This document shows, in pieces, positions 1 to 12,030 of a stretch of DNA of 64,000 nucleotides; the first letter of the stretch is position 1, and each line of letters opens with the position of its first letter. The notes beneath the pieces are model-generated. The model saw only the letters and a program-made list of their open reading frames with translations. It was not told where the DNA came from and ran no database searches. Source of the DNA: Octopus bimaculoides (Eukaryota); NCBI RefSeq assembly GCF_001194135.2, contig NC_068987.1, positions 65,173,369 to 65,237,368 of the forward strand. The letters run 5' to 3'. A program made the translations under genes and the position numbers.

Positions 1-833
1 TTTCCCAACAAGCATTCATTCAGCTTGCCAAAATTCAAGCTGAATGTCAACAAAATTGATGCCACCAGTCTTGAGAGATTTTGTAAAATTCATGGGCACT
101 GTCCCTCGTCCAATTATTAGATGGCTGTAATAATTTCTTTTATTTAAGATCAAAGAAAGTTTATAAAGTTCATTAACTCTATTATGGTATATATTATATT
201 ACTAATAATAATTTTATCAACCTTAGAAATTGTCAAATTCAGCAAAATCTTCATTCTAGAAATGCCATCAGTCTTCAAACTGTATCAATCATTTTGTATC
301 AAAAGCATCTTTAGATTAATCTGTAGATGGAAAATTTGAGGGAATTTCAGATGAAAAATACTGAGAAGTAATTCCCTGTAGCTGTCTTTCACCTTGTAGG
401 AGAACATAAACTTAGAACATCAAGCCAATGAAACCCTGGTTAAATATGCAGTGCTCCTGCTGTTTACAACTACTTCAGCTATGATACTAAGGCTACAAAA
501 AGAAAACAAAAAAACCCCCCAAATAATACAAAACAACCTCATCATATTCTCCTACAAGATAAATCTAATGATCCGTACATTTGCACCTTGTAGGATTTAA
601 ACTGAAAATTGTTCAGTTCCAGATCAGGTCTGAAAATGTTAAATTAGAAAAGGGGAAAAAAATTACTGAATAAATAAGTAAACAAATTAGTTAATAAAAA
701 TCATTTCTTTAATTCATACAATGGCAACAAACAAAATATAATTGACTGGTATACATTCACCATAACTTGAGTATTTGTCAAAATATGAAAATATATCGGT
801 AAAAAAGCAAGATAGTGCAGTGTTATATATATA

Positions 834-890
<57 letters not shown>

Positions 891-985
891 ATATGTGTGT
901 GTGTGTGTGTGTGCATGTATATGTTTCTGTATTTGTTGATATCAATATGTGAGCAAAAGTGTATACATACATTCATACATACATG

Positions 986-1190
986 TACAATGGAGTACTG
1001 AAAAGTTCCTGCTTTTAAGGGTATTGTGAAAGGCCTGGTTGGAGGCCCAACCTTCCAAGTTCTTTTACAGGGCTTAGAAAAACTGAAGGACTGCTTCAAT
1101 ACGTGTGTGAATCTGAGAGGGAAATATGTTAAACAAAATCCTGTATTTTGTTTTACCCAAAGCCAGGAACTTTTCAGCAGCCCCCTGGTA
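986..1190 (+). mobile_element. Mariner-derived MITE / internal deletion derivative
   Basis: TA-flanked imperfect TIRs (..ctgaaaagttcct.. / ..aggaacttttcag..). Internal QGLEKLKDCFNTCVNLRGKYVKQ resembles the mariner transposase C-terminal helix. Confidence 0.8.
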
Positions 1191-2947
1191 TGTATGTCAT
1201 TATAATGCATGTATCTACAACTGATAATGTAAAACAATGTAAAAAAAGTCAAAATCAACACTTTATTTTGATGATTTACAATGTACTCTCCATCTATTGC
1301 TATTTCGCCAGTATTAACTTTAAGTTTTGGCTTAACCTCAACAGACTGAAATGAAGGTTAAATAGAAGTTATTGCTCATACTTCAATACAGTTGGATGAA
1401 TCAAGTGTGATAGGCATCCAAATATTATATATAAAACAAACAAACAAACAAACAAACACACAAAATAAAAAAAAAAACAATCATATGCTTCAATTTAACA
1501 TAAACAGATATTTAATGAAAACTAATCCATTTATGTTATAATGAATATATCACTATCATTGATTTTCTGACTTCTACACAGTCTAATTGTGTTTGTAATG
1601 CATCAACCTTCCTCATATCTTGGACCTCTGATGCTTGTAACATCAATTGATATCTGAATCTGTTGAAGTATTTACTAATGGTTATGACATTACATCACTT
1701 AAAGTATTGGCAGTTCTCTGTTGGAATTGAATACTGAAGAGCAGTTCCTTTACAATGCAGATAATATTTCACATGATTCATCCAACAGAAATTTAACTGT
1801 AGTTTGCAGCAAACCAAGATCTGTATTTTACTTAAAGAGCAACATAAAATACCTGTTGTTTATCATTGTTAAATAATAAACGGATTACAACTGAACACTT
1901 AACCATGACATGGCAGTGTCTCTAACTTGAGGCCAGATACTGCAGAGTAATAATAGTATATGAAATAAAAAATGGTGATTGAAGAATGAGGATAGGCTGA
2001 AATATGTAATATCAAAAGAAAAATGTAGAAAGTGACAAAACAGAAAAAACAACAACATATACACACACAGAGTTACATTACATATGTGTTTGTATATTTA
2101 AAAACAATGAGCATTTATAACCAGTACTTGGATAAATTTTTGGCGATTGGAGATAAAAATAAAAACTTACAAATTCCTTTGATTATGTGAATTGGTTAAA
2201 TATGTAAATATCTAAGTAAAACAATTTTTTTCTTGAAAAGTTTTCAGTGAAAGTGTAATCAAAATTACGTACTCGTATGCTTATATTTATATATTTTAAA
2301 AACTTGTATGGATAGAAGCATACATATAAACGCATATGTAAACATATGGACGGTTTCAAAAAAATCTCAGAATTGTATATACAAATCAAAGTGGACGGAA
2401 TTTTTATCTTCATAATAAGTTAAAATGTTTGTATGTTTGCAAAATAATGATAACTTGATGAGAAACACATTAAGAATGATGAATATTATTTGTGTATAAG
2501 TATATGAATATTTTATTTTATTTTAGCATTTTTAGTCCTTTCAGGATTAAAAATGTTTCCACGCAGTTGTCAATTTATACTACAATATTATATATATTTA
2601 TTTATTATTCTATTTCTATAATTTTTGTTGTAAGTTTGCATAAGATGACTCTTATCAGAATGTGTAGATTATAAAATGACACACTGAATGTGCTTTTTGA
2701 TTTTCTGAGACATTGTGGGTCTGACAAAATAATCTATATACTGGTCCCCTGACTCTTTATCAAAACAAAGAAATTTACATTAGAAATTACAGAAAATTTT
2801 TAAAAAGTATGATACTGGAGAAAAAAAAAGGGTGGGATTTTATATAAAGTTTGTTAAAAGAAAATCTTTTTAAACAAACAAGTTATATTGAAAACACAAC
2901 TATGTGCAAATTTGATCTTTTTATCAAGGCTTATTCACATTCATTTA

Positions 2948-3412
2948 TTAACCTTATTGATACCAACCCGTTTAAGCCTGCCCTTGGTTTTATGATGTAA
3001 ATTTCATGATTTAAAGCAATTTAAATTAAAACCTTCCATCAAAATTTCAAGCTAATTTATGTTCTAAATACAGGCTTAATAATCCTTTCTGTTATAGACA
3101 CAAGGCCCAACATTTTCTTTTGGAGAGGGCTAGTCAATTATATCAACTCCAGTATGCAATTGGTACTTAGTTTATTGACCCTGAAAGAATGAAATGCAAT
3201 GGTGACCTTGGCAAATTTGAACTCAGAACATAAAGATGATCGAAATGATGCTAAACATTTTTCCTGGCTAGCTAACAGTTCTACTAGCTCACCACCTTAA
3301 AAATACAGGTTTAATAAGATACTTATTTTACCAAATTCTTTATTATTTTGAAAGTTTTATTTGAAACAAAGGCAGTGTATCTCAACAGAAATAATGGTAA
3401 CAAAAGGGTTAA
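2948..3412. mobile_element. piggyBac-like (TTAA-CC...GGG-TTAA) MITE interrupted by a SINE
   Basis: TTAA ends with short TIRs. Related copies at about 17255-17723, 17729-17956 and partial 58615-58695. Confidence 0.7.
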
Positions 3413-6370
3413 TCCCAAGGTTAGTTTTAGATCAATAAAGTTCTCTTGTCTATCAAGGATCATGAACATGATTTTATTATTGATGATATCATCACCAGAT
3501 TTTTGGCTGCTAACTCCAAGTTACTTTCAGTAATGAGTAATTGTTCCTAATTTTATTACTAGGGTGCTGTGTACTTTTACAATGAGGAGCTATTGTAGTA
3601 AACTAGACTGTGAAATACGAAACAAAACTAGATAGAAAGCATTATCTTTTATCAGTTAAGTGAGTAGCCACATCAAAGTGACAGATGAATGTTACTACTA
3701 GTTTAACCCCTGGCAGATTGTCCACCAGCTGGTTTTTGGTGCATGCTCTGCACCCTTTATATACAATATATTGCTAGCAGGGGGAGCGAATCCCTACCAC
3801 CCTCCAGCAGCTGACAGCATCGTAGGACCAGTCAGTTTCGAGCTATTTGGCTCATATCTTTTATCTTTCACTTGTTTCAGTCATCGGACAGTTGCCAGGC
3901 TAAAGGTTTAGTTGAACAAATTGACTGCAGTACTTATTTTAAGTGTGATACTTATTCTTTTGGTTTCTTTTGCTGAACTGTTAAGTTACAGAGATGTAAA
4001 CAAACCAACATTGCATGTCAAGTATATACGATAGGCATCCACACAGTTTCTGTTTACCAAATTCACTTACAAAGCATTAATTGGCCTGGGGCTATAGTAG
4101 TAGACACTTGACAAAGATGCTGAGCAACGGGTCCGAACCCAATACCACATGGTTGAAAAGTGAGCTTCTTAGCCTTACAGCCATGACTACAAACAATCTA
4201 TACAGAATTTCTCAGTAAATAAAAAATGAGAAGATAAGTAAATAGGAGCTTTTTTGATAAAATATAAATCAAAAATTAACGCAGGTACAGTACTTTTGAA
4301 AGATACTAAGTACAGAAATTGATGAATGAAATTAACTTAGAGTCAATGGTGAAATATTTAATCATCAATGATGTCAGGAAAAAAAAGAAAAATGCATCAT
4401 TCCCAAGATTCATGCTAACTATAAAACAACAAATTTGACATTATAACCATTTTATCCAGAAATTTAAATTGAGAAATTTTAGAAATGCAAATGGAACCTG
4501 AACTAAACAAAGATCTAATATAGAAATACTACAACTCAAATTTTATATATAAAAAGAATTAAATAAATATGATCAAACTTGAAATTGTGTTTTCAATATA
4601 ACATGTATGTGTGTATGTGTGTATGTGTGTGCACATACATGCATGATTTCTCTTCTTGATTAGTGGATTTTTAGAGTATATTTTGGCCAACCACCTGCAC
4701 TGTAGCAAGGTTGTAACGAAAAGGTATTTGGAAAAGGGGATCTTGTTCATTTCATCATCTTTCTTTGCAACCATTCAGCTATTAAAGGTGTGTGAATGTG
4801 TGTGCATGTGTCTGCATGCTTATATATATATATGTATAGATCAACCTGGTTATAATTTTATGTCTGCTTTGCATGCTGGCACAGGTTGGGCATGTTATCA
4901 CAGTCAAAGTGAGCTCTTATTTAAAGTTACTGTCCTCCTAGATAGGAAAGACTGTGTCTCATTTCGATGTCTCATATTTTTACATGATTTCTACAGCTGG
5001 ATGCCTTTTCTATCAGCAACTACTTTCAGAATGAATGAGATGTAGTTAATCAAGGCTCCAGCACTAGAGAGGTTGTTGTGTCTTTGGCAAGACTCACAGA
5101 GTGACCCTTCCACACTAGGTTGCTTCCATATGTTTCTTTCCTACCCAACTATTAGGTGAAAGTTGAGTAAGAGTGAAAGTGTGATAGAAGAGAATAGAAT
5201 TACAAAAGCTCTAGAGATAGGAATGAAAGAGAGAAAAAAGAGAGAGAGAATAGTAGACAGCTATGCAACGGTTGCTGATAAGGATATTGAAAGGAAGCAA
5301 CTTGACTTGAGAAGATGACAGAAGTGGGGAATATGTGAGTGTGTATGCATTTATGTGTATGTGTGTTCACTAAAGTGCATAAACGAAAGAGGAAGAGAAT
5401 GCTCATTACATGCAGTATAAATTTTTAATGTTCACCAGTTGCCAAAAATAACAACCAATGAGAAAGTCATAATAGTGACAGAATGAATAAACAGTGTAGT
5501 ATAATAGAACATAGTATAATTGTATATATTTCAAAAAACGTTTTCTTTAAAAAAACAAAAACAAATAACTCTTGATTAGTAAAATATAACAAAAATAAAA
5601 TATATAATTATTATCGTTAGTGCTTAGCCATATAGGCACCAGTTTGAGTCAAAAAAGAACAACTTGAACACTGATTGAACTTAAACCAATATATCTATCA
5701 ATTGTTTGCTTGGCAATCACGTTAGCAATTGTATTATAGGTTACCTGCCTTTCCATCTCCTCAAATTCAATATTATAAATTGTTTCTGCTATTTTAACTC
5801 TGTTGTTTTATTTCTACAAGATAACTTACCAGTCACTTAGTGCTAGCAGGATAGGCAATCATGTTAATGTTCAACATAACAAGGTATCTTAGTTTGGTTC
5901 AGTGTTTCCAATTAGAAATAACTTAATGAATCTAATTAAGAATTAACTAAGATGTTAATGCAAGTGATATTGATATCAAGTGACAGTTGTGTTTAGTTAA
6001 AACCCGTTTCATAAGCAATGACCTTTAACCTCAAACAGGAGCATTGACCTCCTACTCCAACCCATAAGTAAAAGTTATCTTTAGTAACCCAGAAGAAATT
6101 ATTTCTTAACATAATTAGGAATAATAATTATAATGACATGATTAGAGAGGTATTCTGGGAGATGACACATATGGTGGTGGTGGTGGTGGTGGTGGTAGAA
6201 GGTGGGGGGATGAATGTGGTGAGTGTGCATATGTGTATGTGTGTGAGGATCAATAAAGTTCAATAGATTTGCTGATACTGGATTAAGGTGATGACTAAGC
6301 ATTTTTGCCTAGCATGCTTACGATTCTGCCAGCTCACTGCCTTAATAATAATAATAATAATAATAGGGTA

Positions 6371-7225
6371 ATGTAAAAGTGATACCAGTGGTGATCAGAG
6401 CATTGGGCTCAATTCCATTGAAACTTAAAGACTTCCTAAGGCAACTGAAATCCCATGCAAAATTGATGTCTTGCAAAAAGCAGCCTTATTGGGCACAGCA
6501 CGCATCTTAAGGAAAGTATTATCTGTCTGAGGTACTTGTTGTGACTTGACATATGACTAAAGACTCTGGTGCATTTTTACCTACACTGTGTTATGAAGGT
6601 ATACGAATAATATTCAAACATTCAGACTGACAAAGTAATAGAAGCTAGAAGGCCTGATTTAGTTGTAGTAGACAAAAAGAATACAAAGTACCAGGTAATT
6701 GAGTTCACAGTCCCAAATGATGAGAAAGTCAATATGAGAGGTATAGAGAAAACAGAAGAGTACCTGGCCATTGAGTTACTGAGGCTATGGAAAGTGTGGG
6801 TAAAATAAATCCCTGTAATTGTAGGTATATTAGGAACTATCCCTAAAGATTTGAACAGATGTACAGAGGAAATAGGCATAAAACTTAATAATGATAATAT
6901 GTAGGATGTGCATGGTGCCTAGTAGTGCTATATAACATACAGAAAATAGCACTACTAGGCACCGCACATATCCTATGTAGAGCACTTTCAAAACTGAAAA
7001 TAAGAGCACCATAACAAACCAGTGCACATACCCAAGGCACACAGAACTGTGCTTGGTATTGCAGTGAAAGAACATGATAAGATTAAGACTACTGAATAAT
7101 AATAATAATGACTTAACAGTTCCAAATGATGAGCAAGTCAATGAGGGGTACAGAGAAAATAGCAAAGTACAAGGATACCAGGACTTATCCTTTGAGTTAC
7201 AGAGGCTAGAGGAAATAGGCAGTTA
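6371..7225 (+). mobile_element. Three 5'-truncated R4/Dong-type RLE non-LTR retrotransposon fragments
   Basis: 6371-6520: IPVVIRALGSIP..LQKAALLGTARILRKVLSV*. 6622-6900: QTDKVIEARRPDLVVVDKK..IEFTVPND..EY.LAIELLRLWKV..IPVIVGILGTIPK (restriction-like endonuclease). 7110-7225: TVPNDEQ..YQDLSFELQRL. Confidence 0.85.
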
Positions 7226-9097
7226 TATCAACGTGAAAACTTAATTGGTAGTTTTTTCTGTCAGTCATAAAAGCATGGCAGGCCAGCTAACTACAGCAGG
7301 ATTTGAACTCAAGACAAAGAGATGTAACTAATTGCCTGATATATTTTGCTGGGTACACTTATAATTTTATAGTAATAATTATAAAAAAGTAAAAGGTGGT
7401 GAGGTGGCAGAATCATCAGCAGACTGGGCGAAATGCATAGTGGCATTTCATCTGTCTCTATGTTCTAAGTTCAAATACCGCCAAAGCCGACTTTGCCATT
7501 CATCCTTTTGAGGTCGATAAAATAAGTACCCACCCTCCAAATTGCTGGCTTTGTGCCAAAATTTGAAACCATTTATTGTAAGAAAGCACTAATAATTTAA
7601 TCATTATCTGCTAGCAATAATTATAATAAAGACTAACAAAACAAACTAAACGTTTGTTTATTTTATAAGCACTGAAATCTGTATTGTAAGATACAAATAA
7701 AATAATTTATTTTCAAACAGAGAAATGCCATCAGAACAACAGAAATATTGGGTAAATTACCCTTACAAAGCAGAAAAATTTGTCAAATTGACTATTTGTT
7801 GACAAATTTTTCTGTTTTGTAAGGGTAATTTACCCAAAATTTTTGCTGTTCTAACAGAGTTTCTGCATTTGAAAATAAATTATCATTTTATTCATATGTT
7901 ACAAAGTACTAATAATTTTATTATCCACATGTAATAATTATAATAAATTGTAATAAACCACTAAGTAATAATTATAATAAAGATTTTTTAAAATTTTGAC
8001 TGGCTAACATAGTTTTTAAAATGACTTCTCTACATTATTGATATTTAATTTGTCAACCTGTGAGTAATAGAAAACAAAGTTGACAAAGTGGGACTTCAGA
8101 ATGAAAAGGGGACATAACAGAACACCACTGGTATTTTGCCTGGTACTCTACCAATTCTGAGCAACAACAACAATACTAATAATTCTTTCTGTTATAGGCA
8201 CAAGGTCTGAAATTTTATAGGGAGGGAGCTAGTTGATTACATCGACTCCAGTGCTCAACTGGTGCTTATTCTATTGGCCCTGAAAGGGTGAAATGCAAAG
8301 CTGACCTTAGCAGAATTTGAATTCAGAATGTAAAGACATGAAATGTCATTAAGTATTTTGTCCAGTATAGTAATGACTCTGCCAGCTCACCATCTAATAA
8401 TAATTATAATAATCCTTTATACTAAAGGTACAAGGCCTCAAATTTGTGAGGAGAGAACTGGTCAATTACATTGACCCCGGTGTTTCACTGGTACTTAATT
8501 AATCGAACCCGAATGGACAAAAGGCAAAGTCGACCTTGGCGGAATTTGAACTCAGAACGTAGCAACGGCCGAAATACTGCTAAGCATTTCATCCAGCATG
8601 CTAATGATTCTGCATGCTGGCCACCTTATATAATTATAATAATAATAATGATAATAATGGTTTCAAATTTTGGCACAATGCTAGCAGACTTGGGGAAGAG
8701 GGAAAGTCATTTGCATTGACTCCGGTTTGTGACTGGTGCCTTATTTTACCAACCCTGAAAGGATGAAAAACAAAGTTGACTTCAGCAGGATTTGAGCTCA
8801 GAATGCAGAGCAAGCACGAATAAGGCAAAGCAAATTTTTCTAACGCTTTGACAATTCTGTATAATAAAATTAATAATGATGACGATGATGATGATGGTAG
8901 TGGTGGTGGTGATGGTGGTAGTAGTAGTAGTAGAAGCAGCAGCAGCAGCAGCAGCAAAAACTAACAATAAAAAAAATCATAAATGACAGGATCATATATC
9001 GAAATTTTTGGATTGTAAACATTTCTCTGTGGTTGATAACAGTAGAAGTCAAAGTGGAAAGACCCACTTGAGTTGACGGGAAGATTCAGCACATGTG

Positions 9098-9132
9098 TTA
9101 GGTGGAGTCAAAACTGCTCAAGGAGCTGACCA
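9098..9132 (-). CDS. DZIP1: Tentative DZIP1 terminal coding exon (VVSSLSSFDST*)
   Basis: Nearest strong acceptor downstream (ttttattttatttctcattgccag|TG); phase 1 gives 11 residues then TAA at 9098-9100. Other acceptors further down, or outside the window, cannot be excluded. Confidence 0.4.
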
Positions 9133-10304
9133 CTGGCAATGAGAAATAAAATAAAACATATAAACAACACAAAATTTAAATAAAAGCTAATTTAAAAACA
9201 TTATATGCACTGGTTTGAGATAGGAATGAGTAAAAGATCAAGATTTGGAGCTCAGATTAAATATCTATTGAGAGATTACTATTGATTATACTGCAGAGTA
9301 TCTACAATGCCATCTGCTCAAATTATTTTAACTATATTATTTTTAACTCTACAGATGTGGCTGTGTGATTAAAACATTTGCTTCCCAACCACACGGTTTT
9401 GGGTTCAGTTCCACTGCATGGCACCTTGGACAGGTGTCTTCTAGTATAGCACTGAGCTGACCAAAGCCTTGTGAGTAAATTAGATAGAGGGCAATCAAAA
9501 GAAGCTTATTGTATGTATGTGTATGTATTCGGGTCTCCTTGTCTTGGTAGTTGTAAATGAACGTCACTGTCATATAAGCAGTATTATTCATTTCCAATAT
9601 TCTGAGAAAACATGTATGATCATAGGGAAATATTACCCTGCTTGAAAACAGGTAAGTTTTGGTGACAGGAAGGGCATTTGGCCATAGGAAATCTGCCTCA
9701 ATAAACTCTGACCTATGCAAGGATGGAGAATGATTGCTAAAATGATGATGATGGTGATAATGATGAAGGTTATTTCTTAATCACTTAGTGCTAAGGAGAG
9801 AGAAACTATTCTAATATCTAACATAGCATACTGGTGAAGAAGAGCTTTTCTTCAATGTGATGTCATCATCATCATCATCATCATTTAACATCCGTTTTCC
9901 ATGCTAGCATGGGTTGGACATTTTGACAGGAGTTGACAGCCGGAGAAGTGTTTGCATTAAAAAATAACTCATGTGGTATATTAACTTTGTTTAATTTTCC
10001 ACAGAAAGGCAAAATACTATGTTCGTTAAGGTACATTTTATACTTCAAATGAATCAAAGAACCATCATATAGTACATTGTTAATTAATTAGTTGATCTAT
10101 GTTTCCAATACATCTGTTATGTAAATTAGACAGACCAGTTTGACTTGACTCAAATTGGTATAAACCATAAAGTACTTATAAGTTACTAATCTCTATTATC
10201 AGAAGGGTATTTTTTTCTCTGCCAAAAGTACCAAGACTAAGAACTAATCAGGTTCATACTTTATAAAGTTAAAGTTACTTTCTTTAGTCATACTGACTCA
10301 TAAA

Positions 10305-10516
10305 GACTGGTTTCCCAGTTTCATGGCATATATATTTTGCCCCTGGATGGGATGCCAGTCCATTGCAGAATTACTCATTTTTGCCAGCTGAGTGAACTAG
10401 AGCAACGTGAAATGAAGTGTCTTGTTCAAGAACACGTGTTGCCTGGTTCAGGAATCAAACCCACAATCTTACAATCAGGAGTCCAACACCCTAACCACTA
10501 AGCCACGCATCTCCAC
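10305..10516 (-). mobile_element. tRNA-derived SINE, family D
   Basis: Minus-strand head gtggagatgcgtggcttagtggttagg (A box) ... gtttgattcc (B box). Related copy at about 43830-44062. Confidence 0.65.
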
Positions 10517-10637
10517 TCATACTTTGTAGCCTTGCTCTAAATGTAAACAAATTGATTACATCAAATGTTGTTATCTGTCAATGGTTAGGACTTCTCTAAC
10601 CATTGACAGATAAAAACATGTGATGTAATCAATATAC

Positions 10638-10831
10638 TCTTTTACTTGTGTCAGTCATTTGACTGTGGTCATGCTGGAGCACTGCCTTTAGTCAAGCAAA
10701 TCGACCCCAGGACTTATTCTTTATAAGCCTGCTACTTATTCGATCGGTCTCTTTTTGCTGAACTGCTAAGTTACGGGGAAGCAAACACACCAGCATCAGT
10801 TGTCAAGTGATGTTGGGGGATACAAACACAG

Positions 10832-10866
<35 letters not shown>

Positions 10867-11024
10867 CGATGGGCTTCATTCAGTTTCCATCTACCAAATC
10901 CACTCACAAGGCTTTGGTCGGCCCGAGGCTATAGTAGAAGACACTTGCCCAAGGTGCCACACAGTGGGACTGAACCTGGAACCATGTGGTTCGTAAGCAA
11001 GCTACTTACCACACAGCCACTCCT
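10638..11024 (-). mobile_element. tRNA-derived SINE, family B (CORE-like segment ccttgggcaagt), best-preserved copy
   Basis: Head aggagtggctgtgtggtaag..ggttcagtcc, internal (CA)/(TA) microsatellite. Other copies at about 3860-4190, 9350-9740, 15040-15200, 33990-34150, 44770-44957, 45995-46260, 46370-46775. Confidence 0.8.
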
Positions 11025-11554
11025 TTAGAGTAAGACTATAAAGTATGTTTGTTAAAAAAGAGAGAAATTGTGAATTAGAGGTGTATTTCTCTTTTCTGTC
11101 TCATATTGGTATTTTCAGTGTCTAATATCCTTGGCATTAAAATATCAAATAAATACTATTCCATGTATGTTTTGTGGGACCTGCAAAACTTCATTTCTGC
11201 AATTTATTACTTTATTCGCTTACACTTTTAAGTTCAAATCCTTCCATATTTTGTTAAGGGCCAATATAACCCCATGTGTTATGAGATCTCTTTTATATTG
11301 GTGTTAGGAAGGGCATCCAACTGTAGAAACTCTGCCAGATCAGATTGGAGCCTGGTGCAGCCTTCTGGCTTGCCAGTCCTCAGTCAAATCATCCAACCCA
11401 TGCTAGCATGGAAAGCAGATGTTAAACGATGATGATGACGATAATTGTTATAAAATCTTAGGAAGGGATCAGAGAGCTAAGATAAAGGAAGAGGACAAGA
11501 AATAAAGGGTGTTTGTGAAAGATATGATGTAAGTAGTAGCTGCAAAGCACTTAC

Positions 11555-11646
11555 CTTTAGAGGAGGATCCCCACTTACTGGTACTGTAGGTGTTAGTAGA
11601 GACCTCAGTGTCAAGAGCTGTGCGGCTAGCTGGTGTGGATGTATAT
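11555..11646 (-). CDS. DZIP1: DZIP1 coding exon 19 (YTSTPASRTALDTEVSTNTYSTSKWGSSSK)
   Basis: tttcatttcacatacag|A ... AAG|gtaagt; 92 nt, phase 2/1, matching exon 18; Ser/Thr-rich tail. Confidence 0.8.
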
Positions 11647-11995
11647 CTGTATGTGAAATGAAATAAGGCAGCCATAGCAGTAATTGTCCAATATTGTTAA
11701 CATCACCACCACTCCCAACATGATCATCAACATCAGCTCTGTGCTATATAAACATAACCATCATCATCATCATTGCCATATCCATCAAGTTTTAAAAACT
11801 TATTTGCAACTGCTATGCAGTTTGAAGACAAGGATGGACACACACACACACGCACACACACATATGTGTTTGCATGTCTTTTACTTAATTAAAAGACTAA
11901 CTGCCCCAAGTAGTTTCTACTTGCTTAGGGCTATAGTAGAAGAGACTTACCTAAGGTACCACACAGTAGGACTGAACTCAAAACCACATAACTAT

Positions 11996-12030
<35 letters not shown>

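Noticed and set aside
1-124. Minus-strand exon-like stretch (HLIIGRGTVPMNFTKSLKTGGINFVDIQLEFWQAE*)
   Set aside because: Not recognisable, wrong phase to follow DZIP1 exon 19, and no partner exons found.
393-558. 12-bp inverted repeat cttgtaggagaa/ttctcctacaag
   Set aside because: Short, no TSD or second copy of the interior seen; could be chance or a very old MITE.
701-1261. 186-aa ORF, and similar HTHT/YIYI/CVCV/poly-H ORFs throughout the window
   Set aside because: Produced by (TA)n, (CA)n and (CAT)n microsatellites; no domain or splice support.
5745-5813. AG...CAG|GTAACC-bounded 69-nt segment
   Set aside because: Stop in the second codon of the only suitable frame; a competing donor lies immediately upstream.
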